The translations under genes and the position numbers were made by a program. Below the pieces are notes generated by a model. It was not told the DNA's origin and did not search any database. It worked only from the letters and a program-made list of their open reading frames with translations. From Octopus sinensis (lineage: Eukaryota), in contig NC_042997.1 of the NCBI RefSeq assembly GCF_006345805.1, positions 186,930,001-186,994,000 on the forward strand: a DNA stretch of 64,000 nt, written 5' to 3'. Numbering within the stretch: the stretch's first letter is position 1; each line of letters starts with the position of its first letter. Shown here in pieces: positions 37,801 through 50,032 of this stretch.

Positions 37801-38663
37801 AATTATTATTATTATTATCATTATTATTGTTGTTATTGAGGTAGTGAACTGGCAAAATTGTTAGCATGCTGGATGAAATGCTTAGCAGTATTTCGACTGT
37901 TGTTATGTTCTGAGTTCAAACTCCACCGAGGTCGACTTTGCCTTTCATCCTTTTGGGATTGATAAACTAACTACCAATGAAACATTGGGGTTGATGTAAT
38001 TGATTAGACCCCCTCCCACCAATTTTCAGCCTTTGTACCTTTAGTAGAAAGGATTATTATTATTATCATTGTTACTTTGTCTTTATAGACATAAAGACAA
38101 GGCATTTTGTTTTTTTGTTCTGAGCTTGAAGTCTGCTGAGTTCAACTTTGACTGTCATCCTTTCGGGGGTCAATAAAATAAGTACCAGTTGAGCACTGGG
38201 GTTAATGTAATCAACTTACAACCGTCCCTGAAATTGCTGGCCATGTTTCTATAGTAGAAAGGATTATTATTATTATTATTATTATTATAATTATTATTAA
38301 AATGATAAACACTGGAAATTATCTGTTTGACTAAAACTCTTTGAGCTAGTGCCCCAGCCTGGCCACAGTTCAGTGACTGAAACAAGTAAAAGATAGCAGT
38401 AAAAGGAAGTAAAGACATACTTGCTAACAATGTGTTGGTTTGTTTACATCTGCTTCTGCAATTTTAAAGATGCTATTTTTATTTTGCAAAGTCCTCCCAC
38501 CCAATTACTGACTATAGCATTTAGTAGTGAACAAAGCGGTATTTATTATACTGCCTCTCTATCTTTTATTTGCTGTACCCACTTTTAAGATGATAAATGC
38601 CTTTAAATTATAAACACTTTAAAATCATTATTTTCAATTGAACATTAAAATCATATTACCCTA

Positions 38664-38852
38664 CAGTTAAACTCCCAAAATACTGGTAATCAAAATAACA
38701 AGAATCCAAGTATCTTTATCCCTTATTTACAGTGTTTAATATAATAAATGTTTAATGTAATAAATGCTTTAATAATACTTTCAAAACAACAGAGAATTGA
38801 CTATAACAGTATTTCATATCTCAGAAGTTGCTGTTATCAAGGAAGTTGACTG
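38664..38852. mobile_element. Possible Tc1/pogo-type MITE
   Basis: TA-CAGTTAAACTCC at left and GGAAGTTGACTG-TA at right; imperfect TIRs. Confidence 0.4.
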
Positions 38853-38924
38853 TACGAGCATCTTGGTTAACCTTTGACATGAAATAACATATTTGTACAA
38901 TTATTATTCAGTAATACTGAGGTG

Positions 38925-39222
38925 GAGGCACATGGCCTAGTGGCTAGAGCAGCGAACTCGCAGTCAAGAGATCGTGAGTTTGAATCTCAGACTGGGCGAT
39001 GTGTGTGTTTATGAGTGAAACACCAAAGCTCCATGCGGCTCTGGCAGAAGGTAATGGTGAAATTTTGCTGACTCTTTTGCCACAACTTTCTCTCACTCTT
39101 TCCTCCTGCATCTTGCAGCTCACCTGCAACGGATCGGCATCCCGTCCAGGTGGGGAACCTATATGCCAAGGAAACTAGGAAACTGGCCCTATGAACCAGG
39201 CATGGTTCGAGAAGGAACAAAC
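38925..39222 (+). mobile_element. SINE family C with 12-bp TSD, inserted at the head of a family B copy (39225-39445)
   Basis: TSD aatactgaggtg at 38913-38924 and 39223-39234. Confidence 0.92.
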
Positions 39223-39881
39223 AATACTGAGGTGTTGAGCTGGCTGAATTGTTAGTATGCCAGACAAAAACGCTTTGTGACATTTCTTCTCTCTTTTGTT
39301 CTGAGTTCAAATTCTGTTTAGGTCAACTTTGCCTTTCATCCTTTTGGGAGTCAATGAAATAAGTACTAGTCAAGTAATGGGGTTGATATAACCAGCAAGT
39401 TCCTTCCTCAAAATTTCAGACCTTGTGCTTATAATAGAAAGGATTATTCAATAATACCAAGTGGTCAAGTGGTATGCTTATACAATGTTCTCTCCAATTT
39501 TCTACTGTGTGGATGAGCAGAAATTTGCATTGTATACAAATTTTGTCTTTCTTTGCAAAGTATGTGTACATCTGTGCAAATAACTATTGCAGAAATTTTT
39601 AAAGTTCAAAAAAAAAAAATTTGATTTAATTTTGAATACCTTGTGTCCACATTTTTTTTGTTGCTTTCTTTGATGTGAAATGCATGTTATACACTCCAGT
39701 GCACAGCTTAGAGGGAACACTGCAATCATATCAATGCTGCCTTTGGTATTTATCCAAGACATTCTCTACAACTACTCATACAGGCAATGCCAAATCTAGA
39801 AATATTGAGAAACATGAATTATTCTTTTAACCTAAAATCCAAGCAAAGCAACACCACTGAGATTCAATACTCTCCTATTCC

Positions 39882-40268
39882 TACTCTTTACTTGTTTCAG
39901 TCATTTGACTGTGGCCATGCTGGAGCACTGCCTTTAGTCGAGAAAATTGATCCTAGGACTTATTCTTTGTAAGCCTAATACTTATTCTATTGGTCTCTTT
40001 TGCTGAACCGCTAAGTTACAGGGATGTAAATACACCAGCATCAGTTGTCAAGCGATGCTGGAGGGACAAACACACACACACACACATACATACATATATA
40101 TATATGACGGGCTTCTTTCAGTTTCCGTCTACCAAATCCACTCACAAGGCTTTGGTCGGCCCGAGGCTATAGTAGAAGATACTTGCCCAAGGTGCCACAC
40201 AGTGGGACTGAACCCAGAACCATGTGGTTTGTAAGCAAGCTACTTACCACACAGCCACTCCTGCGCCT
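39882..40268 (-). mobile_element. SINE family A, full length
   Basis: Family match. Confidence 0.92.
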
Positions 40269-40972
40269 ACTCTTAAACATTTTAGAAAGACTATTGTTGT
40301 CACCACCAACCCACACACTTTTCAATTTCTCATCAAATCAAATCATAGAGTTTGACCGCACTACCCAATCACCACACATTTCACATAACTTACAGTAAAA
40401 ATAAAAAATACATGATGGCTTCCACCTCTCTGCTTATTTCATTGATATCAACAAAGCTTTCAACTCTATTCTCTCCTATCCATTTATACAGAAAATATTC
40501 AATACCTTCTACAGAAACCATACAAAACATTTGCTAACAAACTAGTCTGGTTACCAAATCTATGTAGTATACAACAACAAATTTAAAATTTTGTATTTTT
40601 CTTTATGGAGTACCACAAAGTTCTGTCCTCTCACCCACTCACCTTAATCTATATTCACACCATCTTTCCACATCCCTTGACCCTTTTTGTTACTATATTC
40701 CTGTTCAAATACACTCTTTGTATTTTAATTAATTTCAAAAATATTGAAGAAAGAGCAAAATAATTTTGTCATTATTAAACTAATGTTTGTAACATATATC
40801 TACATGAAATTTTAATTTTGATACATTTAAACCAGGAACTTTGTACCTTAGAATCAAGGGAAAAAAAGGGTCTAGAAAGCAGATCTCATACATCTAGTAC
40901 ATATCTAATGGCCAGCTATCAAGCACAGCTACACAATTTCCTCCATTTCCTTTCCTACTAGTGACAGCAGAG

Positions 40973-41220
40973 TGGAGGCATGTGGCTTAGTGGTTAGGAT
41001 GTCAGCACTATGATCGTAAGATTGTGGTTTCGATTCCTGGACCGGGCGACGCATTGTGTTCTTGAGCAAAACACTTCATTTTACGTTGCTCCAGTCCACT
41101 CAGCTGGCAAAAATGAGTAATGCTGCAATGGACTGGCGTCCCGTCCAGCTGGGGAACACATACGCCATAGAAACTGGGAAACTGGGCCCATGAGCCTGGC
41201 TAGGCTTAAAAAGGGTGCAT
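40973..41220 (+). mobile_element. SINE family D
   Basis: tRNA head tggcttagtgg..ggtttcgattcc and CORE-like cttgagcaaaacac. Confidence 0.85.
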
Positions 41221-41228
41221 TTATTTTG

Positions 41229-41531
41229 TGGAGGCACATGGCCTAGTGGTTAGAGCAGCGGACTCGCGGTCGAGGGATTGCGGGTTCGAATCTCAGGTCG
41301 GGCGATGTGTGTGTTTATGAGCGAAACACCTAAGCTCCACGCGGCTCCGGCAGAAGGTAATGGCGAATTTCTGCTGACTTTTTCACCACAACTTTCTGTC
41401 ACTCTTTCCTCCTGCATCTTGCAGCTCACCTGCGATGGACCGGCGTCCCGCCCAGGTGGGAAACCTATACGCCAAGGAAACTGGGAAACCGGCCCTTATG
41501 AGCCAGGTGTAGCTCAAGAAGGAACAAACAA
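41229..41531 (+). mobile_element. SINE family C, CpG-rich (young) copy
   Basis: Intact A/B boxes; ends gaaggaacaaacaa. Confidence 0.93.
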
Positions 41532-41758
41532 TAGTGACAGCAAAGAACATCAATTGCATTCAACCATTGCACCCAACAAAATGCACAAAGGACAAAAATA
41601 TACTAGGAATTATAGACCACAACACATCTACAACATTTACAGAATATGTAGAAAACAATGAAGAAAGTAAAAGGATGCACCGTCATGCCAGAAAGAAAAC
41701 AGTAACATCGATGTACAAGCAAAGAATCTAATCTATCAAGTATTATGCCTGGGCTCTC

Positions 41759-41955
41759 AATCATCATCATCATCATCGTTTAATGTCTGTTTTTCATGCT
41801 AGCGTGGGTTGGATGGTTCGACCAGGGTCTGGGGATCCAGGAGGCTGCACCAGGTTCCAGTCCGATCTGGCAGTGTTTCTACAGCTGGATGCCCTTCCTA
41901 ACACCAAACACTCCGTGAATGTAGTGGGCGCTTTTTACGCGCCACCAGCACAGGG
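41759..41955 (-). mobile_element. RTE 3' UTR (family R)
   Basis: Family match. Confidence 0.85.
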
Positions 41956-42268
41956 ATTAGTGGAGGAGGCTAGCAAATGGCCATGATTGGTTGGTGCTCA
42001 TAAACTTTAAGGAATATAAAATAGTGTACTTTTGAAATACCAGGTTGTACTCTGACAGAGTAACTGCAAATTGAAACAAACAAATAAATAAGTAAATGAA
42101 TAAATAAATAAATAGATAAGAGACCACCTGGACTTGCAAATGGAATAAGTTTGTTATTAAAGCTATAAACCTCATAGTTCCTGCCACTATATGTACAAAC
42201 AATCTCCATAATCTCCAAACAAACAGACACATCTATAAAACTTCAGAACACTATGACAGTATCCTGAT

Positions 42269-42270
<2 letters not shown>

Positions 42271-42312
<42 letters not shown>
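42271..42312. repeat. (CT)n microsatellite
   Basis: Directly visible. Confidence 0.97.
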
Positions 42313-42317
<5 letters not shown>

Positions 42318-42768
42318 TCTTTCTCTCACTCACACACACACAATCTAGCTGACAATTACAAAATATGTAAAAGAGTAACCTCATTAGGTCTAAGCAATGT
42401 TCTATGAAGCACAAGACTAATAATAGCATTTTCAGTTATGTTTAGAATTGCTCCAGCATGGCAACTACCAGAACCTAAACTTTCAGATGAAGCAAAGTAG
42501 CCACTTTGCAATCACTTCACTTGCTAGAAATAGCAGCTAGATTTTTTTCAAATGCCCTCATTATCATTATTAAAAATAATGGAAAGATACATTGTACAAT
42601 GTAATCCATGATATACAAAACAGATGGGAGGATCATAACTGGATTGTCTTTGATAATAGATTTGCACAATTAGGGCAGACACTGGGATGCAACAACAATA
42701 GACATGCAGGTGTGTACCTGATAGTGGAGAGAGTACAACATTCCCAGACTGTCTGTCATACCGTACCA

Positions 42769-43161
42769 TGTGTGGTAAGTAGCTTGCTTACCAACCACAT
42801 GGTTCGAGGTTCATTCCCACTGCGTGGCACCTTGGGCAAGTGTCTTCTGCTATAGCCTTGGGCCGACCAAAGCCTTGTGAGTGGATTTGGTAGATGAAAA
42901 CTGAAAGAAGCCCATCGTGTATATGTATATATATATATGTATGTGTGTGTGTTTGTGTGTCTGTGTTTGTCCCCCCAACATCGCTTGACAACTGATGGCG
43001 GTGTATCTACGTCCCTGTAACTTAGCAATTTGGCAAAAGAGACTGATAGAATAAGTACTAGGCTTCCAAAGAATATGTCCTGGTGTCGATTTGCTCAACT
43101 AAAGGCGGTGCTCCAGCATGACCGCAGTCAAATGACTGAAACAAGTAAAAGAGTAAAAGAG
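42769..43161 (+). mobile_element. SINE family A
   Basis: Family match, slightly 5' truncated. Confidence 0.9.
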
Positions 43162-45206
43162 AGAAAGAGTATATTAGTGTGTAGTATGGTCCTCAGCCAG
43201 GTGAAAGTATGGCATTAAAATAGAGCTGTCTATTCAATCAAATCAATCAGCTGGCAATACCTATGTGCCATACATCTGCTTGATTGCTTCATCAGAGCTG
43301 ACCTGAAGCTATAACACACAAGCAAAACTAGTCAAATAATTCTGTTCCTTTTATTGACACTAAATTAACTTAGAGAACCAAATCAAAGACAATAGAAATG
43401 CTTATGGTTAGTTACAAACATTAACCATTCCTGCTATAAAATCAATGGAGATGGAAATTGAAATACAGCATAAAGGAAAAAAAAAATCACAGATCTTTAG
43501 AACAATTATTCCTTTTTCCTCAACTTATTTAATATTTTTTAAAGATCTTCCCCACCTGCCCCTTTTATAAATTCTCTGCAGCAATTTTATGTTTTTAAAA
43601 ATGCATCAGTCACTTAGTGTAAAAGAGACTTGTTTAATAGTTGGCAGACAATTCTCATAAACAAGAAATTTCTCTGGATATATTGATCTTTTATTGCTAA
43701 TGGCAGAAGGTTGTAGTATTGTCTTCATCTCTTTAAAAATCACTGCATTCACATGAAAAATACCTGCACCTTATCTTCTTTTCACAGAAGAGCAATTCAA
43801 TAACAGAAACTTTAAGTATATTGTGATGCATGCTAGTAGATTCAGTAATCTTTAAACAACATTTCTAAATGAGCAATGCACAACTTATGAGTTTTACCAT
43901 ATTCTAAGGAAATAATAGCACTGCATTCTGAAACTGCAGTTATTAAGAATAAAATCTATAATACCTTTAAAAGTATTAGCATCTTAAAAAAAAAAAATTA
44001 TCTCTTTGTTGGAATGCAGCTTTCATATATTTTTTTAAATCGTAGCAAGAAGCTAATATTTAATAAGGTCAGGATATAGTTTAGACAGGTACAATAAGAA
44101 AATGTTGCCAATATATAAATAGTGTTTGGAAAGAAATGTTTTTCTCAATTTTAAGTTATATTAAACTGTATCAAACTGTTTCATAGACTGTGGTGATAGT
44201 TTAAGAAAAAATTTTAAAGGATTCTGTCTGCCAAAAATACAGGGTGTGTGTATATAGAAAAAAAAATTAGTGCAAATATTTAGATTGCATTCTTACATTT
44301 TAATAGTACTTCCTTTCTCTAGTAAGTAGACTGACACATTAATTCTATTCATAGAGCTTGTTTAGGGACACTTTACTTCACAATATATTTAATTGGATAC
44401 TATAAGGTATAGAAAAAAAAAATAGAAGAGAAAAACTTATCAATTGATAATCAGATGTGTATTGAAAAATAGCTGGTTCCAAAATTATTTTCTTGTGAAG
44501 GTAAATTTGAGTGATAAGAAAGCAATATTTTTTTCCCTTACTCAATTTTCTATAATTATATAAATCTTCTCTTTGATGTTTTATTAAAAAAAAATCTAAT
44601 TATATTTCATCCAATTTTTATCACAGAAGCTAATCTGTTCCTTGAATATTTTTCAATGTTTGGATCTGTGATGGAGTAAATAAATTAAATAATTTTATGT
44701 TATATCAAGAACTAAAATCTAAGTCAATGCGTTCAGCTCCAAAATTTGCAACTCAGAGGAAGTAAAAAACCTGGAATGTTTACTAAAAAGATTTTCCTTT
44801 CAGAATATGTCCAAAAATGATAATTAGCTACCTTATTGAGACTTGGTCCCTGTCTATCAACTACAAGCTTACCTCATCTTTGTCTTGAATTATATCTTTT
44901 TTCAAATTTATCTTTTTTGTTTTTAAAGAAATTAAGGGTAAAAATAAATCTCAAATTTAGTTTATTTACTCAAATTTATGTTAATCTTAGCGAATATATT
45001 AAAGTAGAAAATCAAATAAAAAATACATGTGAAAATATTTACAAACCATTTATTAAAACAGATATAATCTAATTAAAGTTTTGACAATGTTTTTTCATGA
45101 TACATTGTTTTTGAGTTAAATTTCATGTCTTGAAACCAATTACCTACATAAGTTGAGGTATGTCTGTGTGTGTGTGTTTGTGTGTATATACATACATATC
45201 TATATA

Positions 45207-45372
45207 TATATATAAAGGGAAAGTTTATGAAAATAAACAAAAGACGAAGACATGTGGTGTACAAAACAAACAGATGTATTAGTATAGCGCTCAGGAATAG
45301 AAAAAGTCTTTTACGTTTTGAGCCTACGCTCTTCTACAGAAAGGTACACAGAAAAAACTAGGAGAGAAAAAA
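45207..45372 (-). mobile_element. PLE-like terminal repeat with hammerhead-like fold
   Basis: Partly shared with 7590-7650; contains the HHR-like motif at 45308-45343. Confidence 0.55.
45308..45343 (-). ncRNA. Degenerate minimal hammerhead motif
   Basis: Reads CTTT CTGTAGA A GAGC gtag GCTC AAAA CGT A AAAG. Stem I is CTTT/AAAG, stem II GAGC/GCTC, stem III ACGT, triplet GUA. Core deviations are A6U and G12A. Confidence 0.5.
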
Positions 45373-45524
45373 ATGCTTTTTATGTGCCAGTAAGATGGCA
45401 CTGGCATTGGCCATGCCTATGATTTCACTTGGTCCGACAGGTCTTTACAAGCACAGCATATCGCCCAACGATTGAGGGGTGTGTTTAACGGGTCAATTAT
45501 GGCAATGGCCATGACTACGATCTC

Positions 45525-45990
45525 ACTTGGCTTGACAGGTCTTCTCAAGCACAGCATATCTCCAAAGGTCTCGGTTGCTTATCATTATCTCTGTGAGGCC
45601 CAACATTCGAAGATCATGCTTCACCATCTCATCCTATGTCTTACTGGGTCTACCTCTTCCACAATTTCCCTCCACTGTTAGAGTGTGACACTTCTTCACA
45701 CAGCTATCCTCATCCATACACATCACATGACCATACCAATACAGTCATCTCTCTTGCACACCACATCTCATGCATTTTTTGTCCAAGTTTTCTTTCAGGG
45801 TGCTTATACTCTGTTGTGCATGCACACAGATATTACACATCTAGCAGAACATATTAGCTTCATTTCTTACAAGCCTATGCATGTCCTCAACAGTCACAGC
45901 CCATGCATCACTACCATGTAGCATAGCTGTTTGCACACAGGTATTATACAGTCTGCTTTTCACTCTGAGAGAGAGGCCCTTTTTATCTCA
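45525..45990 (-). mobile_element. RTE LINE ORF C-terminal fossil
   Basis: Reads GLSLRVKSRLYNTCVQTAMLHGSDAW..WYGHVMCMDEDSCVKKC..GRGRPSKT*DEMVKHDL..LWRYAVLEKTCQAK*. Confidence 0.9.
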
Positions 45991-46200
45991 ACTTAAAATA
46001 AACATACAGGGTCTCCATCAGCCAAGGTTGATCACACACAAACATGTGCACACCTTTTTAAGGAAGACTAGGAGTTGCTCATCTGAGCTGCCAATATCAT
46101 CCAAGGTAAAGGTTGTCACCTTGGGGCTGACACAGCTTGGCACTAGTACCATTGCAGATGTTGTTATCAGAATGTAAAGAGCTAGAACAATTACTGTAAA

Positions 46201-46620
46201 TTCTGTTGTGTCTGGAGAGAGTCATTTTCTTTTTGTGCCTTATAATGTAACACACTCAATGGTAAAATTTCCACTTATTTCTTATTTTTTATTTTCCTAA
46301 AATTTTCGTTGCGTCTTGCAACCTTTTCAACAGTCTTGACTTACATTATAAGGCACAAAAAGAAAATGACTCTCCCCAGACACAACAGAATATGCTTCAA
46401 CACACGAACTAATATAAAGAATCTTGCAAACCAAATCAAAAATCGAAAATTACTGTAAAGCATCTTGCCTAACCTTTTTTTTACATTTCTGTTAATCCAC
46501 CACTCTGGAAGTCTCGAAAGGACGAAGAGAATGCTGATTTTGGTGGGATTTCCACTCAGAGTATAGAGACTCAGAACAAATACCACAGGCATTCTACTGA
46601 ACATGAAATAATTTTTCTTT
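46201..46620. mobile_element. PLE-like repeat with internal inversion
   Basis: 46201-46250 and 46341-46390 are a 50-bp inverted repeat; the colinear version is at 61103-61320. Confidence 0.6.
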
Positions 46621-46992
46621 TTGAGAGGAAACTGTAGATCTCAAAGAAGATAAAGCTATAAATAGTAGTTTGTAAATATTGGATTAGAAAACCTTTCAAA
46701 TACAAAAAGTCAAAGGCTCTGCATGTGGGGCAAAAAACTACATCACCTGTAAACAGGACAGGTGTTCTAGGAAGCCTTACACTTTTTCAAATCAAAGGGT
46801 TTTTCAACCCAATATTTACATGATGTTAATTATAGATTTTCTGCTCTGAATTCTAGTGTTAAAAGAACAGAATTGTTTCATGTTCTTTTGAAGTTCATAA
46901 ATTTTTATGATATTAACAATTAACAATTCTGCTATTTTGCCACCTGAAAATGTAAATAAAGTTTGAGTTATGACCAACATACTTTATTAACT

Positions 46993-47575
46993 GGCTCTCT
47001 GTCGGTTATGACAATGAGAGTTCCAATTGATCTGATCAATGGAGCAACCTGCTTGTGAAACTAATGTGCAAGTGGCTCAGCACTCCATAGACACATGTAT
47101 CTATTTCTTTACTACCCACAAGGGGCTAAACACAGAGAGGACAAACAAGGACAGACAAACGGATTAAGTCGATTTTATCGACCCCAGAACGTAACTGGTA
47201 CTTATTTAATCAACCCTTAAAGGATGAAAGGCAAAGTCGACCTCGGCGGAATTTGAACTCAGAACGTAGCGGCAGACGAAATACCGCTAAGCATTTCACC
47301 CAGCGTGCTAACGTTTCTGCCAGTTCGCCACCATAGACACATGTACCTCAGCACTCCATAGACACATGTACCTTTAATGTATTTCTCAGGGAGATTCAGC
47401 ATGACACATACTGTGACAAGGCTGGCCAGGTACTATTCATTTTTGCCAGTTCAGTGGACTGGAACAATGTGAAATAAAGTGTCTTACTCAAGGACACACC
47501 ATGCTGCTGGGAATGGAACTCATGACCTTCTGATCATGAACCAAATGCTTTCACCACTAAGCCACACACCCTCAC
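46993..47575 (-). mobile_element. SINE family D-like copy containing a SINE B insertion
   Basis: tRNA-like head at 47520-47575 (-); B copy inside. Confidence 0.7.
47100..47330 (-). mobile_element. SINE family B, full length, 15-bp TSD
   Basis: TSD ccatagacacatgta at 47085-47099 and 47331-47345. Confidence 0.93.
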
Positions 47576-49083
47576 TTAGATTAAGCACAAATATCATGAA
47601 GGTATTTAATATTTTAATGTAATGTCTGAATTGGAAAAGATATTTTTTATGATTTGTGACATCAGCATATATAATTTCTCATCTGCCTCCCACACTTTTT
47701 CTTTTTTGTTACTGTGATTAAAATCCTGGAAGCATGTAGTATCTTGGATTTAATTTCAAGTGTTAGATTCCATTTATGCTTATTATTAATGCATTTGTAT
47801 ACCTACACTCATGTAATACATCTTTTTTTTTCTTTTTTTTTTTTTTTTACACGTATACAGTAATGAAATAACAACTAACAGGTGGTTTTGTGTGACTGAT
47901 CAAATTTCTGATTCAAACCTGGAAAGTTCAGTCAGTGAACAGTAGGTATGAAAGGGAATACCTCTGGCCAACGAAAAGTGAAATACATATGCGGACAGAT
48001 TCGATCATTAAAATATGCATGGAAATGTGCACCTGCACACTCACGCAGACATGCAGAGAGGATGATAAGCATATTCGCATCTATGCATTATTACATATGT
48101 GTATAAAAAAACATAAAAATAAAATACACAGATATCCACACATCATGTATTTTAACTCACAAGAGCTAATAGACGTATATTCTGTGAATATTTTGTGGAA
48201 GAACTAAGCCTATTTAGTTTCACCTTTTATCAATGTGTGCTGTTCTCTATTGAAGAGATGCTAGGAATTAGTTCAAACTTAATAGGAAAGGAATTATATA
48301 TGCTACAGCTACATGTAGATTTATCACAATCAACAGGCTCTTAGTGTTTCCAACTCTTTATTGATCTTCAAACATAGTCATATTAAAACCCGACAGCTTC
48401 TGCTGCTGCTATAATCATTAATGATATCACTAACACAGTTACAGTTTGTATGCTACTTAATATGAAAAGCACTAGTGTGACTTCAGAGTCCAGCATTTTA
48501 TATATATATGCTTTTTTTTTATATAGATATATCAGAGCTTAAAAATGTTTGTTTGTCAAGAAAATAGCACCTAGCTTTCTTTTTAACACAAGTCATCAAA
48601 ACTGAAGATACAGATAATTTTTTTTCTTGTTCATGAGTAGTGTATACTAAAAAGTAAAATATTTAATGCATCTGTCTCATCATATTTTGATATAATATTC
48701 ATCATTATTGATATAAACTCTCTTTCCTTCTCATTGACTAATCTCAAATGTAAGTTAGTGAAGCCATAACTATTCTAAGGCCTTTTGTTTTTGTTACAAA
48801 TCTGTATATTCAAAATCTTCTACAAGACTGCTATAATCTGCAAAAAAAACCTATTCATGAAAACTCTTTGCAGGTATTTATCTCTATTGAAACTGTCTTC
48901 CTCAACTAGTTATTCACATCTAAGTACTTTTAAAACCAGGCATATTTGACACAGTTAGAGGTACAGGCATGGCTGTGTGGTAAAAAAATTTCACCAGCAA
49001 ACTTCATAGATCAGTATGTGACACCTTGGGCAACCTTGGGCAACTGGCTTCTGTTATATACTCGGTCTGACTAAAGCCTTGTA

Positions 49084-49472
49084 CAGTGCCATCTCAATGC
49101 ATGGGCACACTGAATATTTTCTCAGGGACCACACAGCTCTAGGGGCCTAATTTTGATTTTTGCATGCCGTGGCTTGCTGTCAATAAATAAATACAATAGG
49201 GCTCAGGGCATTAATTTGTCTAGGGATCTATAATACTGTTAAGGGGCCTTGACCTTTGAGTGGAGTTATAGATTGAAACCCATTGCATGGGCATACTGAA
49301 TATTTGCTCAGGGACCACACAGCTCTAGGGGCCTAATTTTGATTTTTGCATGCTGTGGGTTGCTGTCAATAAATAAATACAATAGGGCTCAAGGTATTGA
49401 TTTGTTTAGGGATCTATAATACTGTTAAGACAGCCTTGACCTTTGAGTGGAGTTATAGATTGAAACCCATTG
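49084..49472. repeat. hAT-like MITE in a degraded SINE A, followed by an approximately 186-bp tandem duplication
   Basis: Ends CAGTGCCATCT and AGACAGCCTTG; unit 49098-49285 is repeated at 49284-49472. Confidence 0.75.
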
Positions 49473-49477
49473 TATAT

Positions 49478-49698
49478 AGGTGCAGGTGTGGCTGTGTGGT
49501 AAGAAACTTGGCTCCCAACCACATGGTTCCAGGTTCAGTCCCACTGTGAGGAATCTTGAGCAAGTGTCTCCTACAATAGCCTCAGGTCGACCAAAGCCTT
49601 GTGAGTGGATCTGGTAGACAGAAACTGAAAGAAGCCTGTTGTTTAAATATACACATCTATATATATATCTGTATCTATCTATCTATATATCTATCTAT

Positions 49699-49752
<54 letters not shown>

Positions 49753-49993
49753 GTGTATATTTATGTATGTGTGTGTGTCTTTGCATTTTTGCCCTCCCCC
49801 CATCACTTGACAGCTGATGTTGTGTTTACATATCTCTGTAACTTAGCGGTTCAGCAAAAGAAATTGATTGAATAAGTACTAGGTTTATGATGAATAAGTC
49901 CTGGGGTTGATTTCTTTGACTAAAAGACCCTTTAAGGTGGTGCTTCAGCATGGCCACAGTCAAATGACTGAAACAAGCAAAAGAATAAAAGAA
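49478..49993 (+). mobile_element. SINE family A, full length, long internal (TA)n
   Basis: Family match. Confidence 0.9.
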
Positions 49994-50001
49994 TATAGAG
50001 A

Positions 50002-50032
<31 letters not shown>

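Larger units (their letters stand above)
40420..41735 (+). mobile_element. jockey/I-group LINE RT fossil interrupted by a MITE (40678-40873) and two SINEs (40973-41531)
   Basis: Patches YFIDINKAFNSI, YQIYVVYNNKFK and YGVPQSSVLSPT, then KILGIIDHNTSTTFTEYVEN after the SINEs. Confidence 0.7.

Noticed and set aside
41229-41305. tRNA-like sequence with intact A/B boxes
   Set aside because: It is the head of SINE family C, continuing into the SINE body; not a stand-alone tRNA gene.
42580-42770. Open frame KDTLYNVIHDIQNRWEDHNWIVFDNRFAQLG.. ending at a SINE
   Set aside because: No convincing acceptor or recognisable homology.
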